DNA of 64,000 nt, from the NCBI RefSeq assembly GCF_009914755.1, contig NC_060947.1; one strand, 5' to 3'. Each line of letters opens with the position of its first letter. Position 1 is the stretch's first letter. The notes beneath the pieces were generated by a model that did no database searches, was not told the DNA's origin, and saw only the letters and a program-made list of their open reading frames with translations. This document shows positions 1 to 14,620 of the stretch, in pieces. Source of the stretch: the human T2T-CHM13v2.0 reference genome, Homo sapiens. The position numbers and the translations under genes were made by a program.

Positions 1-198
1 AGAAGGGAGGGAAGGGACTGAAGGGCAGGAGAGTGCCTCCATCAAACTTGAGCGTTTTATAAGGCTGCTAATCTTATTCATGAGGGTGGAGTCCTCATGA
101 CTTAATCACCTCCCATAAGCCACACTTATTAATATTGCTGCATTGGGAATAAAGTTTCAACATGAATTTTGGAGGAGACACTATCTTTCAAACCAGAG
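1..198 (-). mobile_element. MaLR LTR (MST/MLT1A-like), cut by window edge
   Basis: 'gtcctcatgacttaatcacctccc...tttcaacatgaattttggagg...caaacc' is the reverse complement of an MST/MLT1A LTR 5' part. Confidence 0.75.
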
Positions 199-199
199 T

Positions 200-1410
200 G
201 TGCACCGTATTAATAGAATAAAAGGCAAAACCACACGATCATCTCACTAGATGGAGAAAAAGCATCTGACAAAATCCAATGCCTTTACATGAAAAAAAAA
301 AAATTCAATGCACTAGGAATAGAAGAGGACATCCAGAACCTGTTACAAGGAATCTATGAAAGTCCCACAGCTAACATACTTAATGATTAAAGACTGGAAG
401 CTTTTGCCCTAAGATAAAGTATAAGATAAGGCCATCAATGGATGAATGAGTAATGGAACTGTAGTATATGTACACAATGGAATACTATTCCACCATAAAA
501 ACAGGCAGGAAATCCTGCCATTTGCAACAACATAGAAGAACCTGAAAGACATTATGTTAACTGCAATAAACCAGGCAAAGAAAGACAAATATGACATGAT
601 CTTATTCATATGTGGAAACTAAAAGAGTTTATTTTATAGAACTTGAGAGTAGAATGGTGGTTACCAGAAAGGGGGATTTGGGGGAGGAGGTTGAGGTGAT
701 GTTGGTCAAAGGATTACAAATTGTATTTAGATAGGAGGAATAAGTTCAAGAGATTAATTGTGCTACATGGTAACAATAGTCAATACAGTATAACTCTCAG
801 CATTGGAAAATGTTAAGAGAGTTAATGTTAAGTGTTCTCATCACAAAAATAACTTATGATGTAATTTGAACATTATGTTCAAGTTATCACAAAAATAACT
901 TATGAAGTAATTATGAACATTAATTAACTAGATTTAGTCATTCAAGAATGTATATATTGCTCAAAACATCACTTGTGCATAATAAATACATGCATTTTTT
1001 CTGTCATTTAAAAGAGAAAAAAAAGAACAAGACAAGAATGTCCACTTTTACCACTGCTACTCAACATTGTACTGAAGGTTATAGCCAAGCAATTAGATAA
1101 TACAATGAAATTAAAAGTATCCAAATTGGAAAAGAAGTACAACTATCTCTGTTTACAAATGACATGATCTTATATATGGAAAATCCTAAGAAATCCATTA
1201 AAAATATAAGCTAATAGGCAAGTTCAGCAAAGATTTTGTATACAAGATGAATATAAAAATTCAAATTTATATCTATGCAGTAACAATGAGCAATCTGAAA
1301 AGAAATTAAGAAACAATTATACTTGTGATAGCATCAGAACAATAAAATACTTAGGAATGAGCTTAACAAAACCAGAACAGGATTTGTTTGCTTACAACCA
1401 TAAAACATCA
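200..1410 (+). mobile_element. Old L1 (L1M) ORF2 RT-region fragment, split by a younger L1MA at ~432-1022
   Basis: 'cacacgatcatctcactagatggagaaaaagcatctgacaaaatccaa' and 'ctgtttacaaatgacatgatc' (degenerate LFADDM). Host sequence resumes at 'aagaacaagacaagaatgtccactt'. Confidence 0.8.
432..1022 (+). mobile_element. L1MA-type 3' end nested in the older L1
   Basis: 'aatggaatactattc...gaaatcctgccatttgcaacaaca...tagataggaggaataagttcaagaga' plus A tail. Degenerate TSD aagtataagataag / aagaacaagacaag. Confidence 0.8.
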
Positions 1411-2424
1411 TTGTGTGGATGATGGAACAAATATATACAACAAAGTAGGGTGGAAAAGATCACAGTGCACAAAATAATACAAATGAGATAAAGAAGTTCC
1501 TTTAGTTTCCTATATGCCTGGGTCAGTCGCCACCTAGCCCTGCTCTATTCTATTTCTCATCCTTTCAATTTTCTATACTTCCATTCATACATCCACTTTT
1601 TTCATTCATGTAACAAATGTTTCTTGAATGCCCACTATATACCAAACATTATTCTAAGCATCAGTTTTATATTGGCGAACAAAACAAAGGTCCTTACTCC
1701 TATGAAAATTACTTTCTAGTGGTAGGAGAGAGACAGAAAATGATAAGCATCATGTAAATTACACAGGTGGGAGAAAGTAATAAGTGCTAAGGAAAAAGAA
1801 GAAAAACTAAATGTGAAAGAAACTGGTAGTGTGGGGTAAGGGTCAGGTAGATGGGTTGGCGAGTTAAGACGACATTTAAATAAAGACTTCTTCAAGGAGG
1901 TGAAGAAGTTGGTCCTGGAGATATGGGTTGGGGTGGAGATGGAGAGGGCTTTCAGACAGATGCAACAACCAGTACAAAGTCCTTAATGCAGGGATACGCC
2001 TAGAATATTCAAGGAGTATCAAGGATGAAAATGTGGGTGGAGTGAAATGACTTGAAATAAAGTAAAGAGAACAAATAGTAGGACATTAAGATAGAGACAT
2101 AACATAAGGGTCGTAAAGATTGTGTAGGACCTTGTACTTATTGATATGACTTTGTTATAAACCCTAAGTGAAATGCAGATCCATTGGAGAATGTTGATCA
2201 AAGGAGTAATGCAATATAACTTAACTTTTTAAAGAATAACAATTCATACTGTGTTGAGAATAGACTGTGGGTCAAGAATGAAAGCAGAGAGATAAGTTAG
2301 ATACTATGACAATAACACAAATGAGAAATTGTACCTTAGATTAGAGATACAGCACTGGATATGGTGAGAAGTGGACAAATTTAAATCAGTGCTATTTGCT
2401 GATGGATTAGATGTAGGGTATGAA

Positions 2425-3172
2425 GGGACACTTCCAAACTCATTTTGTGAGGCCAGCACAACCATAGTACCAAACCACACAAAGATAAAACAAGATAAGA
2501 AAATTACAGATCAATAACCCTGATGAACATAGGTGCCGAAATCATCCACAAAACACTTGCAAATTAAAATCAATAGCACATTTAAATGATTATATACTAT
2601 GACCAAGTGGGATTTATCCCTGGGAAGCCAGGATGGTTTAAAATTTGCAAACTAATAAATGTGATACACCACATTAACAGAATTAATAAAACGCATATTA
2701 TCCTCTCAATAGTTGCAGAAAAAGTATTTGAAAAAATTCAATACCCTTTGATGATAAAAATGCTCTACAATCTATTAGTAGATATAGGCACCTCAACATA
2801 ATAAAGGTCATATATGACAAGCCTACAGCTAACATCATACTCAATGTTAAAAAAAAAAAACCTGAAAGGTTTTCCTCTAAGATCAAGAACAAGACAAGCT
2901 AGAATAGGCAAATCTACAGACAGAAAGCAGATTAATTTTTGCCTGGGGCTGGGTAGGGGGATTGTAGGAAGATGGTGAGTGACTGCTAATGAGTACGGGG
3001 ATTTTGGGGGGAGTGTGATAAAAATGTAAAATTGATTGTGATGATGGTTACAGAACTCTGTGAATATATTAAAAACCACTGTATTGTACATTTTAAATGG
3101 GTGAATTTTGTGGCAATCACTTCACACATGTTAGGATAACCAGTATCCCATTATCTAAAAAGAGAGAGAGAA

Positions 3173-3230
<58 letters not shown>

Positions 3231-4065
3231 AGGTGAAAATGTGGAGAAATTCAAACTTTTTCACACTGTTGGTGGGAAAGCAAAATGCTGCTGCCACTAT
3301 ACAAAACAGTATGTAGGTTCCTCAAAATATTAAAAATAGAATAATCAGATGATCCAACAATCCTACTTCTGAGTACATATCCAAAAGAACTGAAATGAAG
3401 ATCTCAAACAGATATTTGCACTCCTGTGTTTATTGTAGCATTATTCACAATAGCCAAGATATGGAAAGAATCTAAATATTCATCAACAAATAAGTGAATA
3501 AAGAAAATATGGTAAAGACACACAGTGGAATACTATTCAGGCTTATAACAGAAGGAAGTTCTGCCATTTGCAACAACATAGATGAATCTGGAGGAGATTA
3601 TGCTAAGAAAAATAAGCCAGTCAGAGAAGGGCATATACTGCATGGTTCCACTCATATGAGATATTTAAAATATTCAAACTCATACAAGCAGAGTAGAATG
3701 GTAGATGTCAGGAGCTTATGGGGGAGACAAAATGAGATTTTGCTCAATGAGCATAAAGTTTCTGTTATGCTGAATGAGTAAGTCCTAGAGATCTGCTGTA
3801 TAACATAGCACCTATAGAAAACAATAGAGTATTGCACACTTAAAATTTTATTGAGTGTAGATCTCATATTTAGTGTTCTTACCACACTCATACACACAAA
3901 GGACACTAGAAAACTTTTGGAGGGGATGGATACATTTATTATTTTGATTGTAGTAATGGTATCATTGGTGTATGCATATGTCCAAACTCCATGAAATTAT
4001 ATACATTAGACACATGCAGTTTTTTTGTGTATCAACTATACTTCAATAAATCTGTTTTTAAAAAA
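2425..4065 (+). mobile_element. Composite old L1 (ORF2 fragment + L1MB-like 3'UTR piece + L1MA/MC-like 3' end)
   Basis: 'cttccaaactcattttgtgaggccagc', 'gaccaagtgggatttatccctggg' (ORF 2586 DQVGFIPG). 3' end 'tatacttcaataaa...aaaaaa'. Confidence 0.75.
3160..3225. repeat. (GA)n microsatellite
   Basis: Directly visible, roughly 30 units with one interruption. Confidence 0.95.
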
Positions 4066-5862
4066 GGAGGAATCAAAGTTGCCCTGCTATTTCTGGCCTG
4101 ATAAGCTAGAAGGATGGATGTTCATAAAACTGTCTATTCTATTATTTTAATAAATCTCCCTTTTTCTAAAATAAACCTTGCTCTTCTTTGCCTATGTCAC
4201 ATGTTACAAGGTGGACTATTTTAAGTTCCACCAATCTGGAAAATGAACAAGGGAGTGAAGACTCTTCCGTCTAAGAATTCCTTACATTTACCTCATTCCC
4301 AACAGATTCCTCGCTTCTCTAACCTCCTGAATAGAATGGAGTTGACATCAATTAGATAATTTGAGAGACTCGCCGTATCGACTAAGCAAAGAGTTTAAAC
4401 GTGTTGGAGACACGATTCCACCGAACTGAAGAGAATCACACATCTGTTTACATTGAGAAAGCCTCCTACTGCTAATGCTTCCTGAGACTTTTCCATCAGA
4501 GGACATGGACCAAGAAAAGCAGTGGAACATAAGCAGTGTCCAAAATGTGCTGTGTCCCTTAGGCATTTACCAGCCTGAGTGAAATAGAAATAGCAAAAGA
4601 AAAATGCTTCTACATTTCAGAAAACTGTATTTCATTCCAGTGTAAGGGCCAGAATATAGTCTGTTCCACTGCTTTATTTCAAAAGATCTAAATGATAAGA
4701 CAGGAGTAGTTCTTTAATGTTTAATGAATATCCATGTTTCAAGTCTAAGCATAATAATGAGCTCTCTCCAAAATGCAAAATTTATGTAATCATAACTTCT
4801 TTGGAAAGAATAATTAAGAAAATTCAAGACATTATATTAGCAGCTCTTTCATAATAGGGGAAAAAGTAATATAAGGAAAAAAAGGCAGAAATTACTGAAC
4901 TTTTTTTTTAAAAAAAGGACAAATGTAGAGGGTTTTCAAAGCAATGTTAACAATATTGCCCTTTATTTAACATAATGCATTGCTATTTCAAAAGGCATTC
5001 ATGATTGTGCTATTATCTGAAAGAAGAAGAAACTGAGGCTCCAAGAAGTTATATGACTCTCCTGCTTAAGGTCATTCAACTAGATAGCAAACAAAAAATG
5101 ACAAGAATCTAAGCCCTAAAAATTGTGCTTACAGTTTTTTGCTATTATATCAATGTTACCTTTCAATTTTACAACTAAAACGAATGAGGAAAGCAGGTAG
5201 AAGAATAGAGCTTTATTTCTCCTTAATGGTATCAGAAGGAAATTATGTAGGTTTCAAGTTATTGTATGATTATACATAATAAAATTCACTTACCTGTGGA
5301 GTAATTTATGATTGACAACCAATTCATCAATTAACGAAAACAGAGGTAATATTCTAGCAAAGGAACATGGTTTCTAGAAAAATCAATAGGTTACTGTAGC
5401 ATCTTACTGGGAACAGAGGTGCAGAAATATCTATACTGCAGACACTTTGGAAAACAGTACAATGTTCACAGGCCTGAAATTGGTACGGTAGTTTCAACTA
5501 TCAGAATCAATCTGATCTGATGGCTCCTGCTAGTGATTGATAGTCACTGTAACTCTTCTCACAAAGTACCAGTTTTGGGGAGATGTAAAACACAATGCCT
5601 GGCATTGATTTGGCAGGAAAGTATGCCTTTCTTTTGCTGAGCACAGCTATCTTAGGTACACTGCAGACACAAATAGCAATTGCAAAGTCATCATGATAAT
5701 TTGCATGAGTGCTTATCTTTAGAGATGTTTTGAGAACATCAGTAGGTGGGAAGTGACTTCATTTACCCTACATGAGAACTAAGAGAAAGGTGGCCTTTAG
5801 GTATCTAAGATTTTCAAATATTGTGTAGATATAAGACACAGATACCAAATAAATATTTGGAT

Positions 5863-7517
<1,655 letters not shown>

Positions 7518-10023
7518 TATTACAGTAGACTTCTTCCACTGCATTAGTTTCACAGGCTCTCCTTTATAAGAAAACAATACAACTGATTCTATCAGTAAAG
7601 CAGATTTTTTTTTCAATTAAAAGAGAGACAGTTCCCTGATTCATCCACATTGCCTCCCAGATCCCCCTAAAAATTATAATACATATTTTTTAAGGAGTTG
7701 GCTGAGATTACAGGTATAGTCTCTGGCCAGGGAACAAAATAGGGCTAATTGCACTGTGAAGGGAGCAAACACTTGGCATCAGCTTTATTAATGATGTATC
7801 AATAGGGCTATGTGTCCACACTTAAAGCATAAGTTCAAACATACCAAGGATGTCATTCAACTACAAGGAGAATAGATTCCTGCCAGCTGTTGATACTTTC
7901 TCTTTCAAATGTCTAAAAAAAATTTTTTTTGATGACTTTTTGCTAAACTCTTTGTGATACCTCCTCCAAAAAGAAAATGATGCCAAATGGAAGTAAGACT
8001 CTAATTTGACAAATGGTAGGACTTTCTGGTCTTTTAAGAAAATAAGGAAGACCTTTGAGAGTTTAGAATCTTAGAAAAGTTTATGGAAAAATATTGTGAA
8101 TTCCCTTCCTATTCTGAGATAATGTGAGCATGTCTTGGTTTAAGGCAATGTTTTCGACAAAATTTCCTTTCAAGATCCATTCTAGTACTATAAATCCATC
8201 GTTCTACTTGATATAATATCAATATTCTACATAATGGGGTTATGGTTTTGACTCTACAAACTCTCGTCAAAGTGACAACAAGAATAGCTTTTGAAAAATG
8301 AAACATTTTTAATGCAGAACATTTGATTTGGACAAAGTAAATTATATCTATTTCCATATTAGCCAGTCTGCTTCACATGCAGAAAAATTCTATTCCTTGG
8401 CCACTGGCAATTACTAGAAAAGAAGTCACTTGAAGAAATCAAGAAGGTCACAAAGCTATAAGAAATCTAAGAAAATGTACTTCTAGGTCAGAGTAAGCCT
8501 TGGGGTTTACTGCTCCAGACAGGTAGCTAGGTGTAGAAACGTCAGGTTCTACATACATGAGCAAAAGTAAGACTGTCAGATGGCATTAGAATTAAGTGAA
8601 AATAAAGAAACAGAGTTTTACCCTTTTCATGAAAGAAAAAACCATCCATCTTGTTTTTTAAATGGTATTACCATCGAAAGCATTTGAAATCCCATCTAAT
8701 TTAAGCCTCAAATGAAACTGAGACGTTTGCCTTTTGTCAAGTTCAGAAATGCATTGTCTTCTCAAAGGCGCAATAAGAAGGAGACAGCGTAGAATCTCTT
8801 TCTCTTTTAAAACTATGGAAATTGAGAATAAACAATTTTTTAAAATGATGGTGCTGCTTTTGGGCTGTGAATAATTTTCTTACAACTGCTGAGCCATCTG
8901 TTAAACAGAGAGGTCTTGCTTGTTCAAAAAGATAAACGTAGTTTTTCAAAATTTCAATAGACAGGTTTTGTTTGAACCCTCCAAGCAACAAATACTCCAA
9001 TAAATAAAAGTCCATGGTATTCATGGGCCGATTAAGTAGAAAGGAAAATAAGCTATCTTTTGAAAATTATATTAAACACTGCTTTCCATACAGAAACGAC
9101 AACACAATCACACCTCTGAGGTCTTTCAGCTGAACCATCTATGGCCAAGTAAGAGAATGTTATGTTTTGGTGTTCCTCTTGACCTTGAAAAACTAGTCCT
9201 TAAGTGAAGGAACCCGGGGGGACTATACAATCAATGGCGTAATTCCTAGATACACAGCCTTCTGACCATCAAATTCTTTATGTAGCAATCCCAATTTCAA
9301 CACAACAAACTACCCTCTTGTTACTAGCTCAATGTGTACTAAAATAAGACTATTTTCATTTAGTTTTAGTGCATTACTTTTGACTCTCCAGCTTTTGTCA
9401 CTTGCAGGGTTATCCATTGCTGTAGAAATAGTGCATAACTATGGCACAGTTACATTCAAAACTATAAGATGTTTAGTGTCTTAGTTCTATGCATTATTAC
9501 ATTGTTCATTACAAAATAAAATATAATTCTAGTTGAGTCAGTAGTATCTGTTGAGCAGCTGCAATTTCCTCACTAACCACATGCTCTACTCTTAAATAAA
9601 ATGACATATACTCTACTTAATTCAGAGCCCAACTTTTATAGTCCTTTGAGTTTCAAATTAATGAGATTTAACTATATTTATCTATTATCAGCCAATATGG
9701 CGGTTAGCACTATGTTAAAAAGAAGACAATCCTATAATCAAGCTGTCCATCTAAAGAAGAGCAAATTTGTTGTATATTAGCAAGAAAATATATCAGCTGC
9801 CTTCATTAGATTAGAGACAGAAATGGTCAGGGCTAAAAACAATACAAGGAAGTGAAATGCATTCCCGCAAAAATACATACTTTTCCAACAACAATTATAT
9901 TTTCTATCTTGATCATTGTGCTCTCCTATGCTTCTCAAACTTAGAATGAATCAAGTTAAGGACACAGAGAGTATCAGAAGGAGAGCATCAGAAATCCAGG
10001 GTCTGGTGAAGGGAAGGAGAGAT

Positions 10024-10498
10024 AGAGGAGAACAAAATCACTTGGTGACCATCCAGCAGGCCCGAGACAAAAACTCCTTGTCTGAGAAATTTAGAAGTAA
10101 TTAGACTTACCTATTATCTAAAGACACCTAGTTTCAGGCCTGTTTTCAACTTAAAATTTATGAGTAACTAGAATTTATACACATCTCCAGAATGCATGCA
10201 TGCCGGAAACGCACTGTGCAACCCTTGCCAATATTAAGGCACCAAAATGTCTACAAATATAATCATTTATCTTGCAAATTACCCTCCAGGTCCTGCTTAA
10301 AGGTCCATAAATACCCCCAGGGAAAAATCCAGGGTGGTGCTCTCAGTCCCCTTGCTGAGGCACCCCACTGCACTCCTGCAGTGTTCTATCTCTTTAATAA
10401 AACTTTCCTTTTTCAAACCTATACTGTTATTAAGTTCTTCTTACCAATCCACAAGTCAATTACTTCCCTATGCTGGGACTCTGACACCACACCCAGCA
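10024..10498 (+). mobile_element. Solo ERV1 LTR, MER83/MER84-like
   Basis: 'aaaatcacttggtgaccatc...gagacaaaaactcctt...aggtccataaatacccc' (TATA), 'aataaaactttcc' (polyA signal), ends 'cccagca'. Subfamily from memory. Confidence 0.7.
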
Positions 10499-10729
10499 GT
10501 ATAAAGTCATAGAAGGCAACTAGGACAATTTCCAATGAAGCGTTTTTAGAGAAAAGTAATAGGCTTTTGTTGGCTCATTGAAATATGACATTTTTTAAGT
10601 TCTTAGGCTAACAAGCATTTGAGAGTACAACTAAGAATTTGTTAGCAGAGGGGACACAATTATGATTCCCATGTTTCTTAATCAATGAATAACATGGCGG
10701 CATGAGATAGAGAACTACTGAAGGGCATA

Positions 10730-11007
10730 TTTTTTAGATAGAGTCTCGCTCTGTCACCCAGGCTGGAGTGCAGTGGCACAATCTCTGTTCACTGCAACCT
10801 CCACCTCCTGATTCTTCTGCCTCATCCTCCTGAGTAGCTGGGATTACAGGCATGTGCCATCACTCACAGCTAATTTTTTGTATTTTTGGTAGAGACAGGG
10901 TTTTACCATGTTAGGCAGGCTGGTCTCGAACTCCTGACCTCAAGTGATCTGCCCGCCTCAGCCTCCCAAAGTGCTGGGGTTACAAGCATGAGCCCCCTCG
11001 CCTGGCC
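10730..11007 (-). mobile_element. AluS with small internal deletion
   Basis: Both Alu arms present. 'ctccacctcctgattc' lacks about 10 nt of consensus 'gggttcaagc'. Confidence 0.92.
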
Positions 11008-11368
11008 AAAATTTTTTTTTGTTCCATCTTGTTTTCATTTCGGAATGCCTGCCACCAACTTGGTGACTTGAGTCACAGTAGGTGCTCAGAAAATGGTTGT
11101 TGAATGAATAGATTAAAGGCATAGAAAAGAAAATCAATGACGATGGTAAGAGATGGGAAAAATAGGAAAGAAAGAAAGACAGAAACCCCAGTTTAGTTTG
11201 GCCTATCAAAGAAAAATGAAATAAGCCACGTGGACCTTCACACCTCCTGAACAGTGTCACAGTATTTTTATCATCATCCTGTAACCACCCAATAGGTTCA
11301 CCTTGCCTGCTGCCTAGACAGAGCCCATTTATCAAGACAGGGGAATTGCCATAGAGAAAGAGTAATTC

Positions 11369-14152
11369 TAGTGGAGGTGGCTGGGGGGGTAAAATGGACT
11401 CTGTGAGGGTCCTTTCCTTTGGTTGCTTAATGCACTATTTTTGTGCTGGTTGGCCTCCTGCCAGGAGGTGGTGCTTTCAAGAAAGCATCAGCTGTGGTCG
11501 TGTGAAGAGGAACAGGCGGTAGGCAGGGACTCCCAAGAATGTATGCACTTTGTCTTCAGTTACCAGAGTGGGTAGGGAATGACCATTAGGTGGGGGCAGG
11601 GCTAGGCGTGTCTGGGCTCAGACTCTCCTTTGGCGGGTCTTGCTGCAGCTGCTGAGGGGGATGGGGTGTGGTTTCCAGGTCAATAGAGCTATGTTCCTAG
11701 GAGGATTATGGCTGCCTCCACTGTGCCATGCAAGTTGTCAGAGAAGTGGGGGAAAGGCATCAATCACAGGCCTCACCCAGCTCCCACACAACCCAAAGGG
11801 CCGGTCTCACTCCCACCGTGCCCCCCACCCCCCAGGCCCTGCAACAGCCCGAGTCTGTTTCCAGGCAGTGGGCAAGCAGGGCTGAGAACTTGCCCCACGC
11901 TACCCAACTTCCAGCTGCAAAAGCAAGAAGGGCTTTCATTCTTTCCCAACCTGTAGGGTCTGCACACCAGGTTCATGCCCTCCCCCAAGCTCTGGACAGG
12001 AGACTTCTCAATCACTTCAAATTGTTACAAAGCTCAGCTGGAAGTTTCCTTCTCCCTGTGGCCTTTTCCCAGTGCCTCAGGCCTCCTACCTCCCCAAGGA
12101 CCCCTGTGAGGCAGGGCAGAAATGGCTTGCTAGGGGCCCCAGTGAGCCCACAGGGCTTTTCCCGCTGCTTCCTCTACCCCTGTGTTTCACTTGGCTCTCT
12201 CAATTGACTCCGATCCAGGTAAGGTCAGAATCTTCTCCTGTAATCTAGACCCTCGGGTTCCCTAGTGGGGGTGTGTGATCTGAGGTGGACAATCTCTCTT
12301 TCCCACTTCCATGGTTTGGACACTCACAATACTTGGGGTGTCTCCCAAGTCCTACAGGAGCAATCCACTTCCTTCAGAGGGTCTGTGGGTTCTCTTGGCT
12401 GTCCTAATGTATTCCTGCAGTTTTTCTGGAGCAAAAGTTCACAATGCAAGCCTCAACATGCTGCTCTGTCCATCTGAGTGGGAGCTATAATCTAGTGCTG
12501 CCTTCCATCTGCCATGATCCTCTGTCGTTGTTTGCTGACGATATGACTGTTTACCTAGAAAGCCACAAAGACTCCTCCAGGAAGCTCCTAGAACTGATAA
12601 AATAATTCAGCAAAATTGCCGAATACAAAATTAATGTACACAAATCAGTAGCTCTTCTATACAACAGCGACCAAGCAGAGAATCAAATCAAGAACTCAAC
12701 CCCTTTTACAATAGCTGAAAAAAAAAGATACTTGGGACTATTAGGAATATACCTAACCAAGGAGGTGAAAGACCTCTACAAGGAAAACTACAAAACACTG
12801 CTGAAAGAAATCAGATGACACAAACAAATGGAAACACATCCCAAGCTCATGTATAGGTAGAATCAATATTGTGAAAATGACCATACTGCCAAAAGCAATC
12901 TACAAATTCAACCAGTTTTCATCAAAATATCATCATCATTCTTCACAGAATTAGAAAAAAACAATCCTAAAATTTATATGGAACCAAAGAAGAGCCAACA
13001 TAGCCAAAGCAAGACTAAACAAAAAGAACAAATCTGGGGGCATCACATTACCTGATTTCAAAGTATACTATAAGGCCATAGTCGCCAAAACAGCATGATA
13101 CTGGTATAAAAATAGGCACCTAGACCAATGGAACAGAATAGAGAACTGAGAAATAAACCCAAATACTTATAGCCAACAGATGTTTGACAAAGCAAACACA
13201 AATATAAAGTGGGAAAAGGACACCCTATTCAACAAATGGCACTGGGATAATTGGCTAGCCACATGTAGGAGAACAAAACTGGATCCTCATCTCTCACCTT
13301 ATACAAAAATCAACTCAAAATAGATTAAGGACTTTAAGACATGAAACTATAAAAATTCTAGAAGATAACTTTGGAAAAACCTTTCTAGACATTGGCTTAG
13401 GCAATGACTTAATGACCAAGAACCCAAAAGCAAATGCAATAAAAACAAAGATAAATAGCTGGGACTTAATTAAACTAAAGAGCTTTTGCACAGCAAAAGG
13501 AACAGTCAGCAGAGTAAACAGACAACCCACAGAGTGGGAGAAAATCTTCACAATTTATACATCTGACAAAGGACTAATATCCAGAATCTACAACGAACTC
13601 AAACAAATTAGCAAGAAAAAACAAACAATCCCATCTAAAAGTGGGCTAAGGACATGAATAAACAATTCTCAAAAGAAGATACACAAATGACCAATAAGCA
13701 TATGGAAAAATGCTCAATATCACTAATGATCAGGGAAATGCAAATCAAAACGACAATGTGATACCACCTTACTCCTGCAAGAATGGCCATAATCAAAAAG
13801 TAAAAAAATAATAGATTTTGGTGTGGATGTGGTGAAAGGGGAACATTTCTACACTGCTGGGGAGAATGTAAACTAGTACAACCACTATGGAAAACAGTGT
13901 GGAGATTCCTTAAAGAACTAAAAGTAGAACTACCATTTGATCCACCAATCCCACCACTGGGTATCTACCCAGAGGAAAAGAAGTCATCATACAAAAAAGA
14001 CACTTGCACACACATGTTTGTAGCAGCACAATTCACAAATCCAAAAACGTAGAACCAACCTAAATGCCCATCAATCAACAAGTGGATAAAGAAACTGTGG
14101 TATGTGTGTGTGCATATATATATATATATACACATATATACATACACACACA

Positions 14153-14206
<54 letters not shown>

Positions 14207-14620
14207 CACATACATATATATATATGATGGAATATGGCTCAGCCATAAAACAGGATGAATTACTGGCATTTGCAGTGACCTGGATGAGATTGGAGACTAT
14301 TATTCTAATGACTTCAATCTAAATGAAGTCACTCAGGAATGGAAATCCAAACATCGTATTTTTGCATTCATAAGTGGGAGTTAAGCCACGAGGATGCAAA
14401 GGCATAAGAATGACACAATGGACTTTGGGGACTCAGGAGGAAAGGGTGAGAAGGGGGTGAGGGATAAAAGACCACAAATTGGGTGCAGTGTATACTGCTT
14501 GGGTGAAGGGCTCACCAAAATCTCACAAATCACCACTAAAGATCTTACTCATGTAACCAAACACCACCTCTTCCCTAATAACCTACAGAAATAAATTTTT
14601 AAAAATTTCATTAAGAAAAG
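11369..14620 (+). mobile_element. L1PB1-like insertion with 5' inversion: inverted 5'UTR (11369-~12522) + sense ORF2 3' half and 3'UTR
   Basis: 15-bp TSD gagaaagagtaattc (11354-11368, 14621-14635). Minus-strand 'gaggatcatggcagatggaaggcagcactagatt' is the L1PB 5' end. Sense part starts at the 'ttgctgacgatatg' FADD motif. L1PB 3'UTR 'ggcataagaatgacacaatggactttggggactc'. Confidence 0.88.
14101..14225. repeat. (TA)/(CA) compound microsatellite in the L1PB 3' region
   Basis: Directly visible. Confidence 0.95.

Larger units (their letters stand above)
1590..4135 (-). mobile_element. L2 (L2a-like), interrupted by L1 at ~2425-4065
   Basis: L2 3' end 'cattcatgtaacaaatgtttcttgaatgcccactat'. 'ggattagatgtagggtatgaaggga' continues after the L1 as 'ggaggaatcaaagttgcc'. 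Confidence 0.7.

Noticed and set aside
8743-9024. 93-aa minus-strand ORF
   Set aside because: No homology recognised, and the length is within chance expectation.
11640-12207. Overlapping ORFs up to 159 aa, including a possible ORF0-like antisense ORF
   Set aside because: They lie in the GC-rich L1PB 5'UTR where stop codons are scarce. No resemblance to L1PA ORF0 or any protein I recognise.
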